Assembly: GCA_963714085.1 (NCBI GenBank)
Contig: OY970229.1
Span: 512,001 to 576,000 of the forward strand
Reading direction: 5' to 3'
DNA from: an uncultured Candidatus Micrarchaeota archaeon
GTDB taxonomy: Archaea > Micrarchaeota > Micrarchaeia > Anstonellales > Bilamarchaeaceae
Length of the DNA: 64,000 nt
A program made the position numbers and the translations under genes. This document shows, piece by piece, positions 27,054 through 36,754 of this stretch. The notes under the pieces were generated by a model. The model did no database searches. It saw only the letters and a program-made list of their open reading frames with translations, and was not told the origin of the DNA. Every line of letters begins with the position of its first letter. The first letter of the stretch is position 1.

Positions 27054-28568
27054 CTATTTCTTCTGTTTCAGAGGGCTTAGCGCAGGATGAGGGGTCCTGG
27101 GCAGGAGTGGTTTTTTATTTGCTATCCTGTGAAGCAACTCGAGTGTGAGATGCCTGTCCGGCAGGCTCGGCTCGTCCCTGCCGAACATCTGGCCCTGCAG
27201 CGAAAGGAACACGTCGGCACTGCGCATGATGTCCTGGGCGGACTTAAAGTCGTCTGGCAGAAATGCCTTGCCAAGGCAGTTGCGCGCTATCCTTGCGATG
27301 AAGGCGTTTTCAGCGCCCGTCCTTGCCGAAACCACGGCTACGCGGCACATGAGAGGCGCTAGGCGCAGAAGGTAGCTGCGGCCGACCTCGTCCGGTGAAA
27401 TCCACTCCGGATGGCCGAAAAGCAGCGAGGAGGCCACTCTGGCCTGGAAGGGCTGCAGGGCGGGATTGCGATTCAGAAGCTCGTAGATCAGTTCGCTCAG
27501 CCTCACCATGGCCTTTCTCACGTTCGATTCAGGGGTAGCGACCCCGTCTGGCCGTATGCCCGAGACATGTGGCACCACCAGCTGGGCTAGACCGTCAACG
27601 GCAGTTAGAAGCGCGGCAGGGGAGGACGGTATCCTGGCGAGAGACGAGAACGCGGCCATCTGTATGCCATGCTCGTCAAGCCGCGGGACCGGCAGCCGGC
27701 TCAGTCTTCCAGGAGTTTCGAGGAACCATGGGTGCGGAAGGGGTTTGATTCCCAGTATTTCCCGGAACCCGCCCATGACTTGGTGGTATAGCATGTTATC
27801 AGGGGAAGCATCGGGATTGCCGTACGCCAGCGCCAATATCATGTCCTTCCCCTCCCTGGGGTCGGCTGCGGCTCCGGCCTCGATGAGCCTGTCGATTATC
27901 CAGGGGGACGGCATGGTCGAGGTCAGGGTACGCGCCACGAAAGCCGCCAGCACCATGTCCCGGTCCAGGCAGGCCAATGCGGAAACTGCCCGGCATTCGC
28001 GCCTCCGATCCCCGGAGAACATCGCGCCGGAGAACGTATCCACTGCAAACGCGACTTTGCTCGCGCCTGCGGATATCTCCATAGAAAGGTCGATTTTCTT
28101 CTGATCCCCGCACGCGCGGATGTTGCTGAGGCAGGATATGGCGAGCTTTTCCCTGAACTCGCTCCTCATGCTTACGTTGTATAGCGGAACCGCGAGCGTG
28201 TTCATGGCTTCACGCCACACTGCTTCGTTCTCCGAGCGTATGGAGATCTCTTCAAGAAGCTTGTAGAAGACGAGAAGCTTTGGGGCGGGAATGTCGTCTC
28301 TCTTCGCTTCCGAGGTCAGCGCTGCCAGGTCCTTGACGCTGAAATTCCTGGACTTGGCTACTCTTACTATGTCTTTGAGGAGGTTGGAGAACGGGGCTTC
28401 CTGCACTTTCTTGAATAACCGCTTTTCCGGATCGGTCACAACAACGACTCCCGGTATGGAGACGATGCTCGCCTCCAGCGTGCGCTCGGAGCCTGCGTCG
28501 TTGCCCGGCGCGAGTTCTATGTTGAAGCGTCTGAGTTCCGCTATGCTGCTGCTGAACGTGTTGTCCAT
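27054..28568 (-). CDS. Hypothetical protein
   Basis: 504-aa ORF, TTTATAAA upstream; no family recognised. Confidence 0.7.
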   Translation of the reverse strand: MDNTFSSSIAELRRFNIELAPGNDAGSERTLEASIVSIPGVVVVTDPEKRLFKKVQEAPFSNLLKDIVRVAKSRNFSVKDLAALTSEAKRDDIPAPKLLVFYKLLEEISIRSENEAVWREAMNTLAVPLYNVSMRSEFREKLAISCLSNIRACGDQKKIDLSMEISAGASKVAFAVDTFSGAMFSGDRRRECRAVSALACLDRDMVLAAFVARTLTSTMPSPWIIDRLIEAGAAADPREGKDMILALAYGNPDASPDNMLYHQVMGGFREILGIKPLPHPWFLETPGRLSRLPVPRLDEHGIQMAAFSSLARIPSSPAALLTAVDGLAQLVVPHVSGIRPDGVATPESNVRKAMVRLSELIYELLNRNPALQPFQARVASSLLFGHPEWISPDEVGRSYLLRLAPLMCRVAVVSARTGAENAFIARIARNCLGKAFLPDDFKSAQDIMRSADVFLSLQGQMFGRDEPSLPDRHLTLELLHRIANKKPLLPRTPHPALSPLKQKK

Positions 28569-28615
28569 GGATATACCTATGCATGGTTGTTTTTATAAAG
28601 CTACTTTTTACCATT

Positions 28616-29548
28616 CTAGGCAACTTTACGCCCAGGCTGGTCCGGCCCTATGTCGATTATTTGGCGCTGGTCGATCGCTCTGATGAACTCCTCGGCAGCG
28701 GCCCCGTTCATGTGCGAAATTTCACAGCGCAACTGGAAGATTTCTTCCGCATGGCGCCTCCCGAGGCTGTTGCACATCCGTGCGAACAGCTTAGCAGCTT
28801 CCAGCTTCTTCGCATCACTGCCTTTGGAGATCGCATCGGGCGCGTGTTTGACGTAATCGCTCATATAGTCAGGAGACAATTTAGGAATGAGGTCGTTCAT
28901 GAGCCTGATGGCATCAAGCACCTGGGAGTTGTTGAGGCGGGTCTCCCGGGATTTAGAATCGGCGTCTTGCAGCAGCGCGAATGCGGCGCTGAACAACCGC
29001 TCTACTTTCTTGTCCGGTTGGGTGACGGGAGTCCCGCAAAACACGTACTCGTGCTCGAGGCCACGGACCGCTTTGCCATCCGGTTTGAGGGCAAGCACTT
29101 CGCCACGGAACTCGGCTGAATAGCCTTCGCGTAGGAGCACGGCTTCCAAGCCCGTTCCCATCGCGCGCGCCCAGTCGGTGGTCTTCTGCCTCAGGAATGT
29201 GCGCTCAAGCCGTGCCATCGGGCTCGCGTGTATTCCGAGTCTTTCCTTGAGCTCATCGTATCCTTCCACGAGCGCGTTGGATATGCGGAAGGCTAGTGAC
29301 CCATGACGTAAAGGAACGGCGTCATCGAGTTCCGCGGTGATCGGTTCATCTAACTTGCCGCTGGGGGCATTGGGGATTTGGCGGCGGTCCAACGGCGTCT
29401 CATGATCCTTAGGCTTTGCGTCGGGCACCTTGAGCGGTCTGAATATACGAAAGAATTTTCGGCGTCCGGATACTGGGACAGGCGTCGGCGTAGTCTGACT
29501 GGTAGATACATGCAGCAATTGGCGATTCTGAACTGGTAAACCCGCCAT
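28616..29548 (-). CDS. Hypothetical protein
   Basis: 310-aa ORF, TTATAAA upstream; no family recognised. Confidence 0.7.
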   Translation of the reverse strand: MAGLPVQNRQLLHVSTSQTTPTPVPVSGRRKFFRIFRPLKVPDAKPKDHETPLDRRQIPNAPSGKLDEPITAELDDAVPLRHGSLAFRISNALVEGYDELKERLGIHASPMARLERTFLRQKTTDWARAMGTGLEAVLLREGYSAEFRGEVLALKPDGKAVRGLEHEYVFCGTPVTQPDKKVERLFSAAFALLQDADSKSRETRLNNSQVLDAIRLMNDLIPKLSPDYMSDYVKHAPDAISKGSDAKKLEAAKLFARMCNSLGRRHAEEIFQLRCEISHMNGAAAEEFIRAIDQRQIIDIGPDQPGRKVA

Positions 29549-29602
29549 GATTATATTACGATTTTCTTATTTATAATGGTTGGTATTGGTGCCATCTGGG
29601 GA

Positions 29603-30166
29603 CTATTCCAGCCTCTTGAGCCCGGCCCACCAGGAGTTCGACTTCGTCGTCTTGAGCTTCGAATGGAGCTTTTTCGCGCTTGCGGTCCTGAGCTTTTTGC
29701 CTATTATGCTTATCCAGTTCCCTGTTCCGGAATTCCCCGCGTCCGCGTACTCCTTGGCCTGTATGGCGCACTCCAGGTAATCCGCGTCCTTTAGGATAGT
29801 CTTCTCTTTCTCGCTCAGCTTCCGGACGGACGCGAGCGCCTTACGTATCTCCGTAGGCAGGGCCTGCGCCTGATCGGCCTCAATCCTGCGCTCGAGCTCT
29901 TCCGTGGTGTGGACGTACCTGGCGGTTATCTTGTTCATGTCGCCCAGCCGGGCCTCGAGCAGGTCGTGGAACACCGCGGCGCTGCATAGCCTCTCAGAAT
30001 CCGCGCCCTCCATCTTGGCCAGCACGAATGCGATCACCGCTGTCCGGAACGAATGGTCCGCCACGCTCTCCGGGTTCTTTATCCCCTCTGCCCACCACCC
30101 GCTCCTGGCCGTCCTTTTCAGCATTCCCGCCTCGAAGAAATATTTCAGAACAGGGTCGTCAGACAT
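29603..30166 (-). CDS. HD-domain phosphohydrolase (YfbR/HDDC2-like 5'-deoxynucleotidase)
   Basis: LKR..RSGW, ESVADHSFR, FHD..EAR.GD, DADYLE. Confidence 0.88.
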   Translation of the reverse strand: MSDDPVLKYFFEAGMLKRTARSGWWAEGIKNPESVADHSFRTAVIAFVLAKMEGADSERLCSAAVFHDLLEARLGDMNKITARYVHTTEELERRIEADQAQALPTEIRKALASVRKLSEKEKTILKDADYLECAIQAKEYADAGNSGTGNWISIIGKKLRTASAKKLHSKLKTTKSNSWWAGLKRLE

Positions 30167-30238
30167 AGAAAAAATCACCTATTTGCCCTCTTGCGCTAAG
30201 CGTGTTTAAAAATCTAACTTGATAGAAGAAGTTAGGTA

Positions 30239-30625
30239 ATGGATATGCCCGTGGCTGCTTTGAAAAGACGCGAGATGGAACCAGGTCCACAGCGGATTCG
30301 GTCATTCGGTGGAGGAGACCCGCTTGAGGAAGGACGCAGTGGCAGGAGACTGCGCAGCATCAGGCGCAGGATAGACCGGGTGGACGGCAGGCTGGTGAAA
30401 CTGCTGGCGCAAAGATGCGCCGTTGCCATGGAGGCCGCGGCGGAAAAAACGAAACTCGGCAAAGGCGTGGTTAACCGGAAGCGCGAACAGGAGGTGCTTT
30501 CGATTGCAATGGGCAATGCCAGGAAACTAGGCCTTGACCCGGACATCGTAAAGAGCATATTCACGGAAATAATCAGGCTCGCCAAAGCCTGCGAGAATAG
30601 ATTTTTGTCGGGCAAGCACGAGTGA
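30239..30625 (+). CDS. Chorismate mutase (AroQ type)
   Basis: LR.IRRRIDRVD..LV.LLAQR...K...V....RE.EVL. Confidence 0.85.
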   Translation: MDMPVAALKRREMEPGPQRIRSFGGGDPLEEGRSGRRLRSIRRRIDRVDGRLVKLLAQRCAVAMEAAAEKTKLGKGVVNRKREQEVLSIAMGNARKLGLDPDIVKSIFTEIIRLAKACENRFLSGKHE

Positions 30626-30665
30626 CCTACTCAGGATTATTAATATTGCCTGCCTTGTTGAACCG

Positions 30666-31220
30666 ATGGTCCAGCACGAGAAGGCGATTCTCAGGCAGGA
30701 GATGCTCGCGAAGAGGAATTCGCTCAGTGATGATGAGCGGAAGGAAAAAAGCGATGCGATAATGGCTAGGCTCTTTGAGGAGCATCATTTCCGCGAGGCC
30801 AAATGCGTCGCGTTCTACATGCCCATCGGCAACGAGGTGGACACGCGGCAGATGATAACCCGCTCCGTCGCCGCGGGAAAGGAGGTGCTCCTGCCCTTCG
30901 TGGCGTCCGACCACCACCTGGAACTGCGCAAATTCGAGTCGTTCGAGAGCCTGAAAAAGGGCAGGTTCGCGATATTGGAGCCGGTCGGCGAGGAGCGGCC
31001 CGCGGAAGACCCGCACGTCATAATCCTGCCCGGCGTGGCGTTCGGCCTGTGCATGCACCGCCTGGGCTACGGCAAGGGGTACTACGACCGGCTGCTCGCA
31101 AGGCTCCCTTCATTCCGCATAGGAATCTGCTTCGATATCCAGGTCGTGGAGCGGCTGCCGAGGCACTCCGACGACCAGCGGATGAACATGATCATAACCG
31201 AGAAACGGGAAATACTCTGA
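30666..31220 (+). CDS. 5-formyltetrahydrofolate cyclo-ligase
   Basis: K..LRQ, EVDT, ILEP, PGVAF...RLGYGKGYYDR. Confidence 0.92.
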   Translation: MVQHEKAILRQEMLAKRNSLSDDERKEKSDAIMARLFEEHHFREAKCVAFYMPIGNEVDTRQMITRSVAAGKEVLLPFVASDHHLELRKFESFESLKKGRFAILEPVGEERPAEDPHVIILPGVAFGLCMHRLGYGKGYYDRLLARLPSFRIGICFDIQVVERLPRHSDDQRMNMIITEKREIL

Positions 31221-31278
31221 TGAACGGTTATGAGGAAGTTTTATAATCCTTGAACGAGAAGGGACGCATGGCGATTCT

Positions 31279-31578
31279 ATGGTCGAACTCCGAAGAAGCA
31301 TAAAATGTTCTAACTGCGGCACGGAAACCACGTTCTACCTCAGCAGCGAGATGGTCCTCAGCGAGCTGCTCGTGCACGGGAAGTGCCAAAGGTGCGGCAA
31401 CTCCTTACAGCTCAACTTCAACATAATCGATTCCAGCGGCCAGCCCGTGAAATCCGAGGCCTCCGCATCATCGTCTTCCCAGAGCGCCGAGACGCCAACG
31501 GTGAACTTGGACGAGACGCTCTTCAACGAGCCGGCGGACCTGCCAAGCGACACAATAAGGGACCTGATAGAGAGCTAG
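31279..31578 (+). CDS. Small zinc-ribbon protein with acidic tail
   Basis: CSNC...CQRC. Confidence 0.75.
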   Translation: MVELRRSIKCSNCGTETTFYLSSEMVLSELLVHGKCQRCGNSLQLNFNIIDSSGQPVKSEASASSSSQSAETPTVNLDETLFNEPADLPSDTIRDLIES

Positions 31579-31580
31579 GT

Positions 31581-32369
31581 TCACAGCCTGGAAACCAGTT
31601 CCGGAAGATCGACGACGGATTCCAGGACGAAGTCCGGCCGCTCGTGCTTCTTCAATCTCTTTATATCCTTTTTTTTCGAGGCTCCGGTGAGCACCAGGAC
31701 GCTCCTTATCCCAGCGCGCTTGCCGGTGAGCACGTCCGTCTCGATCCGGTCCCCTACGATCAGCGCCTCGCCTTTTTTCAGCCCGTTCTCCCCGAGCATG
31801 AGCTCAACGCCGTACCTGTTCGGCTTGCCCAGGACGACTGGCTTTTCCCCAGTGCTGCGCTCCACGGCAGCGACCATGGCGCCAGCCCCGGGGAGGAAGC
31901 CGTCCTCCACCGGGAACGATATGTCCTCGTTGGAGGCTATGAAGAGCGCGCCGCGGCTTATTGCCCTGAACGCGATGGCGAGCTTCTCGTAGGTCAGCGT
32001 CCGGTCAAGCCCGACCGCGACTATGTCCGCGCTATCGTCCTGCACGATTTTCACGCCCTTGCTAAGAAGCTCGGCCTGCATGCCGCCTTCCGAGATGCAG
32101 AACACCTTCCTGCCCGGATATTTCGTGGCGATGTAATCCGCGACCATGTAGGCCGAGCCGAAGACCTCGCCCTCCGTGGCACGCAACCCCATGGCGTTGA
32201 GCTTCTCCATGTTGCTCTTCCTCGTGCGCGTGGACGAGTTCGTCAGGAAGAAGATTCTCACGCCGGAGCTGCGCAGGCGGTCCAGGGCTTTTGCCGCGCC
32301 TTTTATCGCGGTCCTGCCCCTGAACACCGTCCCGTCCATGTCCAGCAAGACTGCCCTTATCCCAAGCAT
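31581..32369 (-). CDS. HAD-IIA (NagD-like) hydrolase
   Basis: LDMDGT, FLTNSS, GKP, VGDRIETD, VLTG. Confidence 0.92.
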   Translation of the reverse strand: MLGIRAVLLDMDGTVFRGRTAIKGAAKALDRLRSSGVRIFFLTNSSTRTRKSNMEKLNAMGLRATEGEVFGSAYMVADYIATKYPGRKVFCISEGGMQAELLSKGVKIVQDDSADIVAVGLDRTLTYEKLAIAFRAISRGALFIASNEDISFPVEDGFLPGAGAMVAAVERSTGEKPVVLGKPNRYGVELMLGENGLKKGEALIVGDRIETDVLTGKRAGIRSVLVLTGASKKKDIKRLKKHERPDFVLESVVDLPELVSRL

Positions 32370-32404
32370 AAGGGATTTAATCGGCTCTTAACAAATTAAA
32401 ACGT

Positions 32405-33052
32405 ATGCGAGTCGCGGTTTTATTCTCAGGAGGAAAAGACAGCTGTTTCGCCACGTCCTGGGCTCTTGAGCAGGGCTTCGAGCCGGTGCTGGTTACCGTG
32501 GAGCCAGAGGAATACTCCATGATGTTCCACCACCCGAACGTCCGGATCACGGAGCTGCAGGCAAAGGCGATGGACTTGGAGCAGGTGTTCGTGAGGGCCA
32601 CTGACAAGGACTGGCAGGCGAAGCTGAAGGCAGCGCTCAAGAAGCTGAAGGTGGAGGGCCTCGTGACCGGAGCGGTCGCTAGCGAGTACCAGAAGACGAG
32701 GATAGACAACCTTGCGAAAGAATTGGGCATACCCGCGCATTCCCCGATCTGGCACAAGGCTGACGAGGTGCGCCCGAAGATGCTCTCGACTATGGAGATA
32801 TACGTGACCGCGGTCTCGGCGGAGGGACTAGGTCCGGAGCTGCTCGGCCGGCCCTTCAAGGAGCTGGTGGACAAGAAAATCCCGAACATCCATCCCATGC
32901 TTGAGGGAGGGGAAGGCGAGACGTTCGTAACAGATGCGCCGTGCTTCAAGAAGAGGATCGTAATAAAAAAATGGAAGAAATCATGGGACGGGGTCCGGGG
33001 TGTCGCTGAGATAGAGGAAGCTGCGCTTGAAGAGAAAAATAAAAACAGTTAA
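32405..33052 (+). CDS. dph6: Diphthine--ammonia ligase
   Basis: LFSGGKDS, SMMFH, GAVASEYQKTR, EGGEGETFV.DAP.F. Confidence 0.88.
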   Translation: MRVAVLFSGGKDSCFATSWALEQGFEPVLVTVEPEEYSMMFHHPNVRITELQAKAMDLEQVFVRATDKDWQAKLKAALKKLKVEGLVTGAVASEYQKTRIDNLAKELGIPAHSPIWHKADEVRPKMLSTMEIYVTAVSAEGLGPELLGRPFKELVDKKIPNIHPMLEGGEGETFVTDAPCFKKRIVIKKWKKSWDGVRGVAEIEEAALEEKNKNS

Positions 33053-33065
33053 AGAAAAAAGGGGC

Positions 33066-33602
33066 CTAATTCGATTGCCCCCCGTAGCATTCGTAGGACG
33101 TGTTCCTCCATCCGCCGACTGCGCAGCTATCTGTGCTCGAGGCATCCGCGCATTTAGTGCCGTCCTGGCACCATTTGCATCCAGAGCCGCTCAGGCAGTC
33201 CGCGCAATTCGTCTTGGATGAGCATGAGCTTCCGCCCACGGGCCCTGTGCATTCCGTCGGGGTCGTCGCCCAGTCGATTGTCGGGCATGTGTTCCCCGAA
33301 GGCCCTGAGGCATCCCCTTGCAGGCAGCTGTTCGTGCTCTTGCACCAGCCGCATCCTGGTTTCGCTATGCAGGCACCGCAGTCCGGTGTCAATGAGGAGC
33401 AGTCCGCCGGAGCGGTATTCATGCCGGATGCATTGGCCGCGGAATTATTCACCACCGGGATGGTATTCGCGGGCGTAGGCGACGGTGTAACGTTGACGGG
33501 TGCCTGTGTCACGTTCTGCGTCATATTCACCGGAACTTGCGGGCTCGTGCATCCCAAAACCAAAGCTGCTACGAACAATACGGATAAGATAGACGACTTC
33601 AT
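33066..33602 (-). CDS. Cys-rich lipoprotein with two PSI-like repeats
   Basis: LVLGC lipobox, Pro/Thr linker, C..C....GCGWC.....C and C..C....GCKWC.....C. Confidence 0.8.
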   Translation of the reverse strand: MKSSILSVLFVAALVLGCTSPQVPVNMTQNVTQAPVNVTPSPTPANTIPVVNNSAANASGMNTAPADCSSLTPDCGACIAKPGCGWCKSTNSCLQGDASGPSGNTCPTIDWATTPTECTGPVGGSSCSSKTNCADCLSGSGCKWCQDGTKCADASSTDSCAVGGWRNTSYECYGGQSN

Positions 33603-33742
33603 TCCATCACCCTTTTTCGAAGCTTATATCGAGCTCTTTCTCTCCATCCTTAATCCAGACTCCATTTTTATCCGTTACCTTTCCGATGATGCTGAGGTTG
33701 GTCTATAAAAAGCAATAAAAGCCTGCTTTCGGAAAGCCCCTC

Positions 33743-34663
33743 ATGTCAAATGGGAAGTATTCCGATTCGGAATTGATGCGACTCCTTGATATAAACGCGA
33801 AAACGCTCGCCATGTTCAAGAAAGTAAGGGCTGACGCCATCAAAGAAGCCAAAAAGCTCGCCGCGCCGCGAAAAGGCAAAATCAGGGTGCTGGGCGTATC
33901 CGGTTCCGCACGCGACAGCTATGACATGGCGCGCGAGGACTCCAATTCCGAAGAACTGCTGAGGCGCTGCCTGAAGCACTGCGAAGCCCTTGGTGCGGAG
34001 ACAGAGTTGCTCGCGCTGCGCAAGCACCGAATAGGGCACTGCAAGGCATGCTACTCCACCACGAACACGCAGTGCCATTTCTACTGCTCGTGCTATCCGA
34101 AAGGGACCCAGGCGGGCGACGACATGACGAATATCATCTACGACAAGCTTCTGGAAGCCGACGCCATAATCTTCGCCACGCCGGTGAACAACTTCAAGAT
34201 ATCCACGCTCATGGCCGCCTTCATCGACAGGTGCATAAGCATGGACGGCAGCCTGGGCCCGGCGGACCCGAAGGACCCCAAGAACGTGGAGCTGAACAAG
34301 AAGCACATGAGATTCATAGAATTGACCGCGGACCCGGATGCCCCCGGAAGCGGGATGCTCAGAAGGTTCCCGGGCAAGGTCGCTGGCATAATCGTGTGCG
34401 GCCATGAGGCCGGGGCAGGAATGACAATAAGCAACCTGTTCATGACGCTCAATCACTATGGCATGCTCTTCCCGCCCTTTTCCAACATGTACGCAATGAA
34501 TTCCATCTGCAACTCCACCTATTCGGACAAGGAGACCGTCTTAGGGAACTGCTACGCGCAAGAGACGAAGGTCATCGCGAAAAACGTCATGGCTGCCGCG
34601 AAGACAGTGAGGAAGCAGGGTGTGAAGTTCAGCGACTGGTCCTACGACAACAGCAAGAATTGA
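33743..34663 (+). CDS. Iron-sulfur flavoprotein / flavodoxin family (NADPH-dependent FMN reductase fold)
   Basis: GVSGSAR, CKAC...C...CSC, DDM, ADAIIFATPV, FIDR. Confidence 0.85.
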   Translation: MSNGKYSDSELMRLLDINAKTLAMFKKVRADAIKEAKKLAAPRKGKIRVLGVSGSARDSYDMAREDSNSEELLRRCLKHCEALGAETELLALRKHRIGHCKACYSTTNTQCHFYCSCYPKGTQAGDDMTNIIYDKLLEADAIIFATPVNNFKISTLMAAFIDRCISMDGSLGPADPKDPKNVELNKKHMRFIELTADPDAPGSGMLRRFPGKVAGIIVCGHEAGAGMTISNLFMTLNHYGMLFPPFSNMYAMNSICNSTYSDKETVLGNCYAQETKVIAKNVMAAAKTVRKQGVKFSDWSYDNSKN

Positions 34664-34678
34664 CAGCTTCCGGGCCGC

Positions 34679-35665
34679 TCAGATGGTCAAATCCATCTCT
34701 TTCTTCCCGTCGCTGAGCCATATGCCCTTCTTGTCAGTGACCGCGCCGATGACCCGGGCCGGCACGCCGTGCTTCTTCGCGATGTTCATCACCGTGCCCT
34801 CGGCGTCCGGCGGCGCTATGACCACCATGCCGATGCCCATGTTGAACGTCCTGTGCATGTCCGAAAAATCCGGGACCTTCTCGCGGAGCGCCTCGAATAT
34901 CGGCGCCGGCGCGGGCAGCTGGTCTATGCGGTAGCCCACGTCCTTGTTCAGCCGGTTTATCTTGGAGAACGCCCCTCCGGTGATGTGCGCGAGGCCGTGC
35001 ACCTCCGAGGCGTCTATCATCTCCAGCACCGCGCTGCAGTATATCCTCGTGGGCACGAGCATCTCCTTGCCCCACTTCTTGATATCCAGCGCCTTGCGGG
35101 CCAGGCTGTAGCCGTTGGAATGCAGTCCCGAGCTCTCCAGGCCTATGATGATGTCGTCCTTCCTGACCTGGTCGCCGAGTATCTTCTTCTTCACGCGGCC
35201 GACGACCGTGAACGTGAGGTCGAAGGGCTTCTTGCCGCCCTTTATGATGTCGGGTATCAGCGCGGTCTCGCCCCCCACGATGGCGCAGCTGGATTCCTCT
35301 GCGCCCTTGACCAGGCCCTTCATGAGCTCGTCCACGAGCCAGTCGTCCTCCTCCGCCAAGGCGATGTAGTCGACGCCCACCAGCGGCTCGGCGCCCACGC
35401 AGAGTATGTCATTTACAGACATGGCAATCGCGTCTATGCCGACCGTGTCGTACTTGCCCATCTCCTGGGCCACGAGAAGCTTGGTGCCGACCCCGTCGGT
35501 GTGGATGACCAGGTCCTCCACGCCGCAGCGGAACAGACCGCCGTAGTGGCCGAACACCGGAAGCGCCTCGCCGTAGCCCTTCCTGAACGAGAATGTCGAC
35601 TTTATCCTGCCCCAGATGCTGGCCTGTATCTTCCTGACGTGGCCGACATTGATATCGTATTTCAT
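34679..35665 (-). CDS. purM: Phosphoribosylformylglycinamidine cyclo-ligase (AIR synthetase)
   Basis: TDGVGTK, AMSVND, GGETA, SSGLHSNGYSL, HITGG, TFNMGIG. Confidence 0.95.
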   Translation of the reverse strand: MKYDINVGHVRKIQASIWGRIKSTFSFRKGYGEALPVFGHYGGLFRCGVEDLVIHTDGVGTKLLVAQEMGKYDTVGIDAIAMSVNDILCVGAEPLVGVDYIALAEEDDWLVDELMKGLVKGAEESSCAIVGGETALIPDIIKGGKKPFDLTFTVVGRVKKKILGDQVRKDDIIIGLESSGLHSNGYSLARKALDIKKWGKEMLVPTRIYCSAVLEMIDASEVHGLAHITGGAFSKINRLNKDVGYRIDQLPAPAPIFEALREKVPDFSDMHRTFNMGIGMVVIAPPDAEGTVMNIAKKHGVPARVIGAVTDKKGIWLSDGKKEMDLTI

Positions 35666-35721
35666 AGTATGGACTTTGCCGGGATACATATTTAATAATA
35701 CTAGCGGCTCTATCAATCCCC

Positions 35722-36141
35722 ATGAAGATGGGCGACGCTTTCCGCAACTTTGCGCAGCGTGTTCTGGACGCGGCCGGCAGGGGCGGACTCCCGAAGCTGG
35801 AGCAGAAAAAACTGGACCACCTGCTCTCACGCACAGGGAAGAGGAACGCGATACTAGCCAAGGGCATCCTCACAGCCCTGGACGCTGGAGGCGCGACCAA
35901 GGATGACATCGCTAGGCTTAGCGGGATGCTGGCCGCCGCGAACGAGCGCATCCTCGACGACAAGGAGCCGTTCACATCCAAGGAGAAGACACAGCTTACC
36001 GACATATTCCGCAGGGCGTACATACCCATGAAGACGACCGGCTGGTTCTCCAGCCATATAGACGAACTACTGGCAGAGCAGATAAAGGACGAGATAAGCG
36101 CCGGGCGGAGCGCGAGCGTCCCGAAGAAGCTCAAGGCCTGA
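35722..36141 (+). CDS. Hypothetical protein
   Basis: 139-aa ORF with TTTAATAA upstream, host-like codon usage. Confidence 0.65.
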   Translation: MKMGDAFRNFAQRVLDAAGRGGLPKLEQKKLDHLLSRTGKRNAILAKGILTALDAGGATKDDIARLSGMLAAANERILDDKEPFTSKEKTQLTDIFRRAYIPMKTTGWFSSHIDELLAEQIKDEISAGRSASVPKKLKA

Positions 36142-36156
36142 TTTGAGGGACCCTGC

Positions 36157-36699
36157 ATGAAAATCAAGCTCACACCCGAGCTCTCCTACATAATCGGATT
36201 CTGGCGCAAGAGACGCACCTTCGAGGGCATCGGCATAAAAGGCGACGGGCAGCAGCTCGAGGTCTTCACCAAGGAGGTGCTGGACAAGGGTCTGACCACC
36301 CCGGACAAGCTGCTCACCGAGGACGAGAGGGTCTGGTTCTTCCACAGTGCGTACCGCAGGTTCTTCCAGGACATAGAGAAGGAGGAGCTGGAGAGGTTCC
36401 GGTACCTCAACGAGTACGCAGCCAACTACCTGGGTGGGACGTTCGACTCCGTGGGCGGCATAGACGAGAAGGGCATCGTCTTCATCGAGAGGGCGAACAA
36501 GCAGGACGAGATGCTGCTAATCCGGCTCGGGTTCGGCTCGCGCTGGCAGAAGGAGCGCCTCGCCATAGAGAAGCCCAAGGCGTTCCTTGCCTTCATAAAG
36601 AACTACGTCAAGATCTTCGCAGGGCACAAGATATTCGAATACTTGAAGGAGAACGGCTCCAAAACGAGGAGACGGAAAGCGGCCGACGCTACTAATTAA
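36157..36699 (+). CDS. Degenerate LAGLIDADG-like protein
   Basis: ELSYIIGFW and ANYLGGTFDSVG resemble two LAGLIDADG helices. Confidence 0.6.
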   Translation: MKIKLTPELSYIIGFWRKRRTFEGIGIKGDGQQLEVFTKEVLDKGLTTPDKLLTEDERVWFFHSAYRRFFQDIEKEELERFRYLNEYAANYLGGTFDSVGGIDEKGIVFIERANKQDEMLLIRLGFGSRWQKERLAIEKPKAFLAFIKNYVKIFAGHKIFEYLKENGSKTRRRKAADATN

Positions 36700-36754
36700 A
36701 ACTGACTAGTATATTATTCCCCCGCCATTCGGGCATTTTGCGGGTGCATTTGTT

